A stretch of 64,000 nt of DNA. Source: a virus. The notes under the pieces are model-generated. The model saw only the letters and a program-made list of their open reading frames with translations, did not search any database and was not told where the DNA came from. Position 1 is the first letter of the stretch. Every line of letters starts with the position of its first letter. The stretch lies in IMG/VR virus record IMGVR_UViG_3300017917_002969, positions 1 through 64,000 of that record. One strand, written 5' to 3'. The translations under genes were made by a program, and so were the position numbers. Shown one piece after another: positions 56,341-64,000 of the stretch.

Positions 56341-57606
56341 TTATACTGTTTTATATAGTTCAACTTTATTTTCTAATTCACTCTTTTTAACAAGATTCAA
56401 ATAAAGTTCTCTTCTTTTTTCCGTAACTTTATTTATTGAATAAGTATCTTTAACCGTATCAAAAAGGTTATTTTGAAGGGTTGTAATCATTTCTGGGTTG
56501 TTTACAAGCTTTTTAATTGCTCCAAACCAATCCTTATGGTTTTTAGTGCTATCAACCAAAATTGCATTAGCAGATGTATCAAATTCACCACCAAATTTAA
56601 TGGCATGGTTCAAATCAATTTGATATGGGCCGTAGTTTTGAGCAATCAACGCTTTTTTATGGAACCCAGCTTCAATCACTTTTAATTGACTCTTAACCTT
56701 ATTAAAGATGTTTTCTTCAAGAGGTGCAAGAGAAACATCAAATAAATTATAGTTGGTTGCATAGGTTGAAATATGCTTGGTCCAAACTCTACGATAAGGT
56801 TCATTAGCAACATTAGGAAATTCCGATTGTTCAAATTTTAACAAGAATTCTTTATATTCTGGACTAATAGATTTGTAATCATCAGTAAAGATTCTTTCAT
56901 ACTGATACCAAACGCTTTCTTTTGGTAGAATATTTCTAACACGTTGCTGTTTTGTTACTGGGTCAATTTCTGTAAATTGTCCTCTTAAATCAAACCCACA
57001 CAACACAAATTGCACTTTATCAAGAAAACCAGCTGTTTGAATTCTATTTACCAAACCTTCAAGTATTTTTAAATCATGTAAGTGTGACGAACCGCCAAGC
57101 CAACCAATCCTAATTCTATCAGAAGGTTCTAATTTTGGTCTAAATTGAGGTTCAGATGGGTCAATTGCATTTGGTAATACAAATACATTCTTGTTAATCT
57201 TTTTGATTTCATCTGCAAAAACACTTGTTGTTGTTGTTACATAATTAGCAACCCTAACATTGTTTTTAATTTTCTCATCCAACTTTGCATTCTTGATTAA
57301 AAGATAGGCAGGGTGGTGTGGACCTGGAGCCCAATAGTCATCAATGTCCATTATTGATATAATACCCATTCTATCTAATTTTTTAGACAGTAGTTCCATT
57401 TCTTCATATGAACCAACAGTTCTATGATAATGGATAATATCGTATTGTTTTAACCAATCATCATTGTTTAGTTGTGGTTCGTAATCAATATGAACCATAA
57501 ATTCTTCTGGATAATTATTTTCTAACGCAAGGTGAGGGTTTATTGACCGAAATGAACCCACACCAGTTCTATCGGATGGTACTACTAAAATATTAAGTTT
57601 TCTCAT
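56341..57606 (-). CDS. GT-B glycosyltransferase
   Basis: GVGSFRS..P, DIDDYW, LPNAID, IGWLGGSSHLHDL, DVSLAPL..N.FN..KSQLKVIEAG. Confidence 0.88.
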   Translation of the reverse strand: MRKLNILVVPSDRTGVGSFRSINPHLALENNYPEEFMVHIDYEPQLNNDDWLKQYDIIHYHRTVGSYEEMELLSKKLDRMGIISIMDIDDYWAPGPHHPAYLLIKNAKLDEKIKNNVRVANYVTTTTSVFADEIKKINKNVFVLPNAIDPSEPQFRPKLEPSDRIRIGWLGGSSHLHDLKILEGLVNRIQTAGFLDKVQFVLCGFDLRGQFTEIDPVTKQQRVRNILPKESVWYQYERIFTDDYKSISPEYKEFLLKFEQSEFPNVANEPYRRVWTKHISTYATNYNLFDVSLAPLEENIFNKVKSQLKVIEAGFHKKALIAQNYGPYQIDLNHAIKFGGEFDTSANAILVDSTKNHKDWFGAIKKLVNNPEMITTLQNNLFDTVKDTYSINKVTEKRRELYLNLVKKSELENKVELYKTV

Positions 57607-57669
57607 TTATTTGTTTTAAAACAGTATTATGAATACACCAATATAGACTTTTTAAAACATTTGTAAATA

Positions 57670-57695
57670 AAAAAAGGGCCTTTCAGCCCTTTTTT
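57670..57695. terminator. Bidirectional-type terminator
   Basis: aaaaaagggc-ctttca-gccctttttt. Confidence 0.75.
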
Positions 57696-57701
57696 CTTTA
57701 T

Positions 57702-58310
57702 TTATTTTTTCTTTACATTTAATTTTCCTTCATTTATTAAAGTATTAACTGTTTTCTTTACCGTTTGTTCTGTTAGTGTTTTTACAAACATCTTAGCAAT
57801 CACTTCATTAACTCTTTTATCAATCATTTCGTTTAGTTCATCGACACTAATTGTAACCATACCAGACCCCCAATCTTGTTTTCTTGCACTTTCATTGATT
57901 TGTCTTGGTTGTTGAGTTGGTCTTTGAGCTGGTTTTTCAACCAAATCTTCTAACCCATCAAGACTAAACTTAGAAAATGACAATGAAGCTTTTGGAATTG
58001 GTTTTTTAAGCATAGCTTCTTTTACAATAGGTGGTAATTTAGAATTCATTACATCTTCCTCAGTATAATCTCTAACATTTTGTTCTTCATGCAAAGCATA
58101 TTTAGACATGTCTGGTGTGTGATATTCTGGCTCACGTTCGTCTCTTTCATCATAAATAGGTGTAGATGGTGCATATGTTGAGGACAATCCTTCAGTAACC
58201 CTATTAGCTTTTTTTTCTGGGAATTTCTCGTCCGCAGCTTTCATTATCTTTTTGGCATTACCTAAGATTGATTTAAGTTTATTAATATCTACTGGTGCTG
58301 GTGTATCCAT
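57702..58310 (-). CDS. Hypothetical protein with xxE linkers
   Basis: VTE, INE, LTE motifs; SKLPP.VKEAM..KPI. Confidence 0.7.
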   Translation of the reverse strand: MDTPAPVDINKLKSILGNAKKIMKAADEKFPEKKANRVTEGLSSTYAPSTPIYDERDEREPEYHTPDMSKYALHEEQNVRDYTEEDVMNSKLPPIVKEAMLKKPIPKASLSFSKFSLDGLEDLVEKPAQRPTQQPRQINESARKQDWGSGMVTISVDELNEMIDKRVNEVIAKMFVKTLTEQTVKKTVNTLINEGKLNVKKK

Positions 58311-58311
58311 A

Positions 58312-58761
58312 TTATATATTTGGTTTTTGTGGTGATTGTGTTTGATTTACGTTCACTTTTTTCAAAACTTGTGAAAAACTATTATCACCATCTTTATTAT
58401 ATTTTGGCAAATTTGCGTCAAAATCAGAAACTGGTCTAGCCCATCTAGCTTTTGTTGGGAACCACCCTTCTATTCTATCAAGTCTGAATATTTTCCAACC
58501 GTAACTTTCACCTTTTTTAGAAGCACCAAATATTTGATACGCTCTAATTGCTCTGTTACCAGCTTTAGTATATCCGTATTGATAAACTTGAATATATCTC
58601 TTGCTGGGTGGAACCCCTTCAAAATCTCGATATAGGATGTTAACATTATACTTTCCATCTATCGCAGCCTTAACCTTGTCTTCAGAAACGCTTTCAAAAA
58701 GAAAACGATTTCTTTCAACTTCTTCCAATATAAGTTCTTCGTATAGATTGTAAAGTTTCAT
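58312..58761 (-). CDS. WYL-like domain protein with N-terminal leader
   Basis: ILY.D..KRYIQ.Y.YG..K.GN..IRAYQ..GWKIFRLDRI; leader MKLYNLYEELILEE. Confidence 0.65.
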   Translation of the reverse strand: MKLYNLYEELILEEVERNRFLFESVSEDKVKAAIDGKYNVNILYRDFEGVPPSKRYIQVYQYGYTKAGNRAIRAYQIFGASKKGESYGWKIFRLDRIEGWFPTKARWARPVSDFDANLPKYNKDGDNSFSQVLKKVNVNQTQSPQKPNI

Positions 58762-58767
58762 TTAAAA

Positions 58768-59151
58768 TTATATTACTACTTGACCAATGTTTAATGATGT
58801 GTTTGGATGTGTGTAGTCACTTCCAGCTATCTGTGAAGGACCATAACCCCACAAACCAGCATTAAGAATGATTTCTGGATTTCTACCAGAACCTCCATAT
58901 AGTGCTTGGTTACCATTTATATCATAATCACCACCTACACCACGATAATTGTAGATATCTAGATATTGTCCAGAACCCTTACCATAAACTGGTGTTGTTT
59001 GGTCAGATAACGCTCTTGTATGGGTAGCTGAATATTCGTTGGCTTGAGCAAAATTGTTATAAATGTTAGTTGGAATTAAGAATGCTCTTTGAGCGATAGC
59101 GGCTGCTTCCAAAGGTGTTTGTCCACCGTTATAAGGTACTCCTACTGGCAT
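58768..59151 (-). CDS. Gly-rich hypothetical (virion?) protein
   Basis: 127-aa ORF in a late-motif operon. Confidence 0.7.
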   Translation of the reverse strand: MPVGVPYNGGQTPLEAAAIAQRAFLIPTNIYNNFAQANEYSATHTRALSDQTTPVYGKGSGQYLDIYNYRGVGGDYDINGNQALYGGSGRNPEIILNAGLWGYGPSQIAGSDYTHPNTSLNIGQVVI

Positions 59152-59153
59152 GG

Positions 59154-59603
59154 TTATAAATTTTGTTTTTTGTTGTTATTCATGTATTCTATTAAATATC
59201 TAATTTCAGAAATTTCTTTTGTTAACCCCTCATTGTAAACTTCTTTATTAGACATTATTTTACGATTTATACTACCTTTTGTAATCTTAGGAACACCACC
59301 AACTTTTGTTGGGTTGGCATTATCTTTATCTTTTTGGTGAGTTTTTATGAATTGATTTTCTCTTCCAGCATCCATACCAATCTTTTTTTGTCTATAATTG
59401 GCTTCTTTGGCTGTTTTAACAAGATTTTCAACTTCTTTAAGTCTATTTTCACCACCTAATCGGTTATATTCTTCACAACCATTATTTGTTTCACAAGTTT
59501 CTTTGGCTTTTTTAAGTCTAGATAATTCCATAGCAAAAGCTTGGTGATTTTTCTCTTCACCATCTTTGGTTTTATGGATATCTTTGCTTATTTGTGAGTT
59601 CAT
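59154..59603 (-). CDS. Hypothetical basic protein
   Basis: 149 aa; C-terminal YNE..EISEIRYLIEY. Confidence 0.7.
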   Translation of the reverse strand: MNSQISKDIHKTKDGEEKNHQAFAMELSRLKKAKETCETNNGCEEYNRLGGENRLKEVENLVKTAKEANYRQKKIGMDAGRENQFIKTHQKDKDNANPTKVGGVPKITKGSINRKIMSNKEVYNEGLTKEISEIRYLIEYMNNNKKQNL

Positions 59604-59604
59604 G

Positions 59605-60081
59605 TTAGATTTTTTTACTAGCTTGTTTTGCTTGAATGGCTTTTTTAAGTTCTTCTAGTTGTTTTTCTGTTAATTCAGCATCTGTTATAGTATCCAATAA
59701 TTTAGCAACTTTAGGATTGTAGTCTTTTGAAGTTACTTCAGAAGTTTTGCTTTTTTTAACTAGGTCTTCTATTTTTTCTTCAACAGCTTTTTTTGTCATT
59801 ATATTACCTTTTTTCTCAGATTCAAATGTTACGATACCACCTTGGCTTCTTCTACCACCATAACTATAAACAGCAAACCAAGGAATATTTTGTCTATAAA
59901 GACCAAAAACTACGTCTGAGGTTGTTGAAACACCTTTTTCATAGTCTGAATAGTCATTGTATGCTTTTTGTACTGGCCCTGTTTCAATTTCTGAATTACC
60001 ATTATATGGTTTATCATTACCCGTGGTATTGATATCTCCTCCAACAAGTTCTTCTAATTGTTTTTTATTCATTGTAGCCAT
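59605..60081 (-). CDS. Hypothetical protein
   Basis: 158 aa, first gene after the divergent late motif. Confidence 0.7.
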   Translation of the reverse strand: MATMNKKQLEELVGGDINTTGNDKPYNGNSEIETGPVQKAYNDYSDYEKGVSTTSDVVFGLYRQNIPWFAVYSYGGRRSQGGIVTFESEKKGNIMTKKAVEEKIEDLVKKSKTSEVTSKDYNPKVAKLLDTITDAELTEKQLEELKKAIQAKQASKKI

Positions 60082-60094
60082 AAATCGTTTTTCT

Positions 60095-60126
60095 TATAAA
60101 TATATTCAAAACGTAGAATATTTATA
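60095..60126. promoter_or_regulatory. Divergent pair of ATATTTATA late-promoter-like motifs
   Basis: TATAAATAT 60095-60103 (minus) and ATATTTATA 60118-60126 (plus), each facing a gene. Confidence 0.75.
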
Positions 60127-60142
60127 AGTAAACTCAGAAAAC

Positions 60143-61963
60143 ATGTCATTTATAACCAAATTAGACTTTTCAAGCAATAGACAAGTTAAACAATTCCCAG
60201 AAACCTTCACCGTTCTATCTGGTGGTACAAAATTTGGAGTACCATATAGTGGTTTGGCTACTGGACCAGACTTAACAACAACTGCTGTTACTCAAACATA
60301 TACAAACTTAGTAAGCACATTTTCTGGTAATACTGGAACAACAGTATTTTCTTGGTACGACCCTAACATGGCTTTAGGTGAACCTTACTTATCCGCAATT
60401 ACACCATCAACCAGTGCTATAACCCAAAATACTGGGGTAATCTTTACCGCAAATACATTAGGAACTACGATTGACGGCTATACCTATGCTATAGATTATA
60501 GTGGGGTTAGCTTTGACCTTGTTGGTTTGGCTATGATTGATTTAGGTGGTGGTAACTATAGTGGTAGTGTTCATACAAATACTTTAGAATATTATTCTGC
60601 TGGAACCATAGATTATAGTGGAAGAACAATATGGGTTGATGTATCTGGAATAACAAGAACTGAAGATTTGATAATTACAAATTCGCCAGTAGTTGGTTAT
60701 GTTTGGAAATGTGTTGATGGTGAAGGTAAAGGAGCTTGGGCTCCAGATGCATCAGGGAATACAACTTATTGGACGGCTGGAACACTTACAAATTCAATCA
60801 TACCAATAAATAATTCTTCTAAAAACAATAAATTAGGTATAAATATTGACCCTCAAACAGCCTTTGATTTGATGGCTACTGACGGTAGTGTACGATTATT
60901 GCTTTCTGAATCAATTGCTAGTAATGGTTTTACAACCAGTGGAACAACTTCTGGTTATACACAGATTGGTGTTACAACCAAATCAAACAATACTGGTGGG
61001 TTTGGTTTGTCTATTGGTAGTATAGGTAGTGAAGCGTCTATACCAACTTATGGGCAAACTGGAACAACTTTTATTTTTTCAAGCGGAGAAAGCAACGGGT
61101 TAAATATTATCAAAAATTCTGGGGCTCCATATACTAATAACGATAATTATATAAGATTTTATGCTGGTGGAAACGTTAGTACTATTATTAATGCGCACAT
61201 GCATATTCAAGGTAGTGGTATTACTCAAGGGTATATTGGTCTCAATACATTAACACCAACACAAAGAATTGATGTGAATGGTAGTGCAAGATTTAGAAGT
61301 GTTCAATCACTAGGTGGTGGGAGCGTCTCATTATATATTGATACTGATGGAACTTTATCTTTAACAGCATCAGATGAAAGATTAAAAGAAAATATAACAC
61401 CAATAACAAATGCGTTAGAAACCGTAAAATCATTAAAAGGTGTTAATTTTAATTGGAAAAGTAATGGACAACCTTCATTAGGTTTTATTGCACAAGATGT
61501 TAACTTAGTGGAACCAAAATTAGTATTTACCAACGAAAATACTGAAGAAAAATATATGGGTGTTAATTATGAAATAATAACAGCCCTTTTGGTAGAAGCC
61601 ATTAAAGAACTTACATCTGGCTCAACAGTTTCTGGTAATACATATCTTGAAACGCAGAGTATAATAGCTGAGGACAACAATATAGATTTAAACTATGGTG
61701 GAAACCAACAAACAGCTTTTGAGGGTGGTATCAGAGTATTACATGCATTAGGACAAGATTTATCTGCTGAATTACTTACGGATGAAGATGGAAATTGGAG
61801 AACAAATAATGATTTCAAACCGAAAGCAATTACTATACCAATATTTACACCATTAAATTCAACTGATAAAAGCGGAAACGTTGGAAATATAACAAGGGAT
61901 GAGGATTATTTATACGTTAAAACATCCGATGGTTGGAGAAGAAGTCGTTTAGAAAGTTTTTAA
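60143..61963 (+). CDS. Tail fibre-like protein with peptidase S74 (intramolecular chaperone) domain
   Basis: Thr/Gly-rich; GYIGLNTLTP repeat type; SDERLKENI..GFIAQDV..VNYE..ALLVEAIKEL. Confidence 0.8.
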   Translation: MSFITKLDFSSNRQVKQFPETFTVLSGGTKFGVPYSGLATGPDLTTTAVTQTYTNLVSTFSGNTGTTVFSWYDPNMALGEPYLSAITPSTSAITQNTGVIFTANTLGTTIDGYTYAIDYSGVSFDLVGLAMIDLGGGNYSGSVHTNTLEYYSAGTIDYSGRTIWVDVSGITRTEDLIITNSPVVGYVWKCVDGEGKGAWAPDASGNTTYWTAGTLTNSIIPINNSSKNNKLGINIDPQTAFDLMATDGSVRLLLSESIASNGFTTSGTTSGYTQIGVTTKSNNTGGFGLSIGSIGSEASIPTYGQTGTTFIFSSGESNGLNIIKNSGAPYTNNDNYIRFYAGGNVSTIINAHMHIQGSGITQGYIGLNTLTPTQRIDVNGSARFRSVQSLGGGSVSLYIDTDGTLSLTASDERLKENITPITNALETVKSLKGVNFNWKSNGQPSLGFIAQDVNLVEPKLVFTNENTEEKYMGVNYEIITALLVEAIKELTSGSTVSGNTYLETQSIIAEDNNIDLNYGGNQQTAFEGGIRVLHALGQDLSAELLTDEDGNWRTNNDFKPKAITIPIFTPLNSTDKSGNVGNITRDEDYLYVKTSDGWRRSRLESF

Positions 61964-61966
61964 TAT

Positions 61967-64000
61967 ATGTCATTAATACGTGAAACCAAATTAAATCCTG
62001 TACCAATACAAACTGGATATGGTGTCCCATCACACATATCACCAGCTGGTTCTTTTTATTTTGACTTTAATACTGGTATTGAATATCAAAATAAAGACGG
62101 TGTTAATAATTGGGTTCAATTTTTTGATGGTACAAATAGGGCTACAGATGTGTATGTTACAGGTGGTACGTATTCGTCTGGTTCGGCCACATTTACCAAT
62201 AACACAGGTGGCACATTTAGTGTTACTGGATTTACAACTTCTGCTAGTCTTTTAGGTTCTTATTTACCACTTAGTGGTGGAACTGTAACTGGTAATACAA
62301 TATTCACATCTGGTTTAACGGCAAATACGCTAAACATAACTAATTATATTGATTTTAACACAGGTACAACAAACCCAACACCATTAGGTGGTAGAGTATT
62401 TTTTGATAATGGCACAAAGGCTTTAAGTTATTATGACATATTAGGAAGCAACGTACCGATTGCAATGGGACAACAGTTATATACTAGAGTTTATAACGCA
62501 ACTGGTTCACAAATAGATAAAGGTAAGGTAATTTCAATTACTGGTACATCAAATGGTTTACCTAGTGCTACGCTAGCTGTTAACACACATGCCATAAATT
62601 CTGCAAAACCAATTGGTTTGGCGGCAGAAAATATAGCTAACAATTCAGAAGGTTTGGTTTTAAATAATGGTATTTTAAGTGGTATCACGTTAAACACCTT
62701 TTCAAATGGTGATACATTGTATTTATCGGATACGGTACCTGGTGGTTATGTATCTACAACATCATCCTTGGCATTTACTGCAAGAACTAACGAAATTGGT
62801 TATGTTATCCAAACAGGAACAACTACTGGTAAGATTTATGTTAACATCAACAATGAAGATAGCAATCTTAGTTTAACTGATATTGAAAGAAATATTCTTG
62901 AGGGTAATGTCATATCAACTGGGACATATGCATTTACTGGTTTAACAAGAGTATCAAATACATTATTTTCTATTGCCACAATGAGTGGTTGGGTTGTTAA
63001 GAATACGAATGGGTATGCTACATTACCAGAGGTTATAAACGTTATTTATAGTGGTACAACTGGTATAACAACACCATATCTAACCACAGCTGACGCAACA
63101 TATGTTTTGATAACAAGTGCAGCAACTGTAACATTACAATCAACTTTTCCAACTCCACAAGAAAGAAGACAAAACATATATTTGGGTAAAGTAGTACATC
63201 CAAATAGAAGTACTATTCTAAATGTAAACAACACGGTAGATTTTGACGTTAGTCCGATGTCAGCACTTCGTGATATGTGGACATCATTTAAACTTATTAA
63301 TGTTGGTATTATACCTAGCGCAAATGGTGCAAACTTAAATATAAACACGTCAGCTGGTACACTTTGGGGTAACGGAATTGGATGGGTCACAAATCAGCTT
63401 AATCCTAATAGTGTTAGTTTATCTGGAAAATCACCAGCATCGTTTGCATATAGAACACAAACAGGTGGTACAGGAACAGAAACCACCACAATTGATACTT
63501 TAAATTATGATGTTGGTGGAGTTATTACAAATGTTCCAGGTGCTGGTAACTTTACAACGCAAAGAATTTATCAATTCCCGACTGGATTGGTGAGGATACA
63601 ATATGGTCAACATTATTATCCAACGTTAGCAAAAGCATTGGCTGAATTGCCAAATGAAACATTTGTTGAATACTCAAACAACAGAGATAATGGTATTCTT
63701 ATTGGTTATTTAACAGTAAAAGATGGAACAACAGATTTGTCAAATACCAACGATGCTATTTTTACATTTGTTTCTAAATTTGGTGAGGCTTTAGGTGGTA
63801 CAGCTGGTTTGTCAACAACAACACTTCAGCAAGCGTATGATAATAGTACAACACCAGAAATCATTATAAATGCAGCCTTAGATGGTTTAACCATAAAAAA
63901 CGGTACTGGAAATCCAGACGCAACAACACATTTATTGGAAGGGCAAAATACCGCTGGGGCTGTAACATCATTTATTACAGCTGCTGGCGGTTTTAGTGGT
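61967..64000 (+). CDS. Tail fibre/virion protein, truncated by window end (absent from ORF track)
   Basis: ATG 61967 (MSLIRETK); VTGGTY, YLPLSGGTVTG, TTLQQAYDN motifs; appears open to the end of the window. Confidence 0.8.
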   Translation, partial: MSLIRETKLNPVPIQTGYGVPSHISPAGSFYFDFNTGIEYQNKDGVNNWVQFFDGTNRATDVYVTGGTYSSGSATFTNNTGGTFSVTGFTTSASLLGSYLPLSGGTVTGNTIFTSGLTANTLNITNYIDFNTGTTNPTPLGGRVFFDNGTKALSYYDILGSNVPIAMGQQLYTRVYNATGSQIDKGKVISITGTSNGLPSATLAVNTHAINSAKPIGLAAENIANNSEGLVLNNGILSGITLNTFSNGDTLYLSDTVPGGYVSTTSSLAFTARTNEIGYVIQTGTTTGKIYVNINNEDSNLSLTDIERNILEGNVISTGTYAFTGLTRVSNTLFSIATMSGWVVKNTNGYATLPEVINVIYSGTTGITTPYLTTADATYVLITSAATVTLQSTFPTPQERRQNIYLGKVVHPNRSTILNVNNTVDFDVSPMSALRDMWTSFKLINVGIIPSANGANLNINTSAGTLWGNGIGWVTNQLNPNSVSLSGKSPASFAYRTQTGGTGTETTTIDTLNYDVGGVITNVPGAGNFTTQRIYQFPTGLVRIQYGQHYYPTLAKALAELPNETFVEYSNNRDNGILIGYLTVKDGTTDLSNTNDAIFTFVSKFGEALGGTAGLSTTTLQQAYDNSTTPEIIINAALDGLTIKNGTGNPDATTHLLEGQNTAGAVTSFITAAGGFSG

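Noticed and set aside
66-63390. Short antisense or out-of-frame ORFs in the track (e.g. 4019-4339, 11482-11952, 18745-19107, 22412-22732, 62019-62255)
   Set aside because: They are shadows of well-supported genes, with low-complexity S/F-rich translations.
1-64000. Stop-codon reassignment as in some Bacteroidota phages
   Set aside because: Conserved genes are full-length under code 11, and TAA, TAG and TGA all terminate genes at sensible positions.
1-64000. CRISPR array, tRNA or rRNA genes
   Set aside because: No regularly spaced repeats or cloverleaf motifs were seen by eye and intergenic gaps are short; a tRNA/Rfam scan was not run.

Overview
64-kb, very AT-rich, gene-dense segment of a large T4-like tailed dsDNA phage. 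Host-type TTG-N20-TAnnTTTG promoters and the lack of Shine-Dalgarno motifs suggest a Bacteroidota host. The + strand (1-26.6 kb) carries a thyA broken in two by a free-standing GIY-YIG endonuclease, a block of modular probable head-cargo proteins, and the head module (TerL with intein, portal with an atypical Pro1 intein, prohead protease, scaffold, major capsid protein), followed by two ART-like cassettes. The - strand (26.6-60.1 kb) carries baseplate/structural genes, a gp55-like sigma factor, a ~19-kb glycosylation island, a GMP reductase/IMPDH fractured by a split intein plus a Vsr-like endonuclease, dUTPase and an HD protein. Tail-fibre-like genes start at 60.1 kb. The most novel-looking signal is an apparent capsid-cargo system: polyproteins built from small modules bounded by xxE (prohead-protease-like) sites, one module flanked by a 50-bp direct repeat, a -1 frameshift fusion, and repeat-bounded cassettes combining a late-promoter motif, an MKxLIKxLLRE leader and an ART/ParB effector. 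There is also a perfect parS-like palindrome. All functional calls come from motif recognition by eye; no searches were run.
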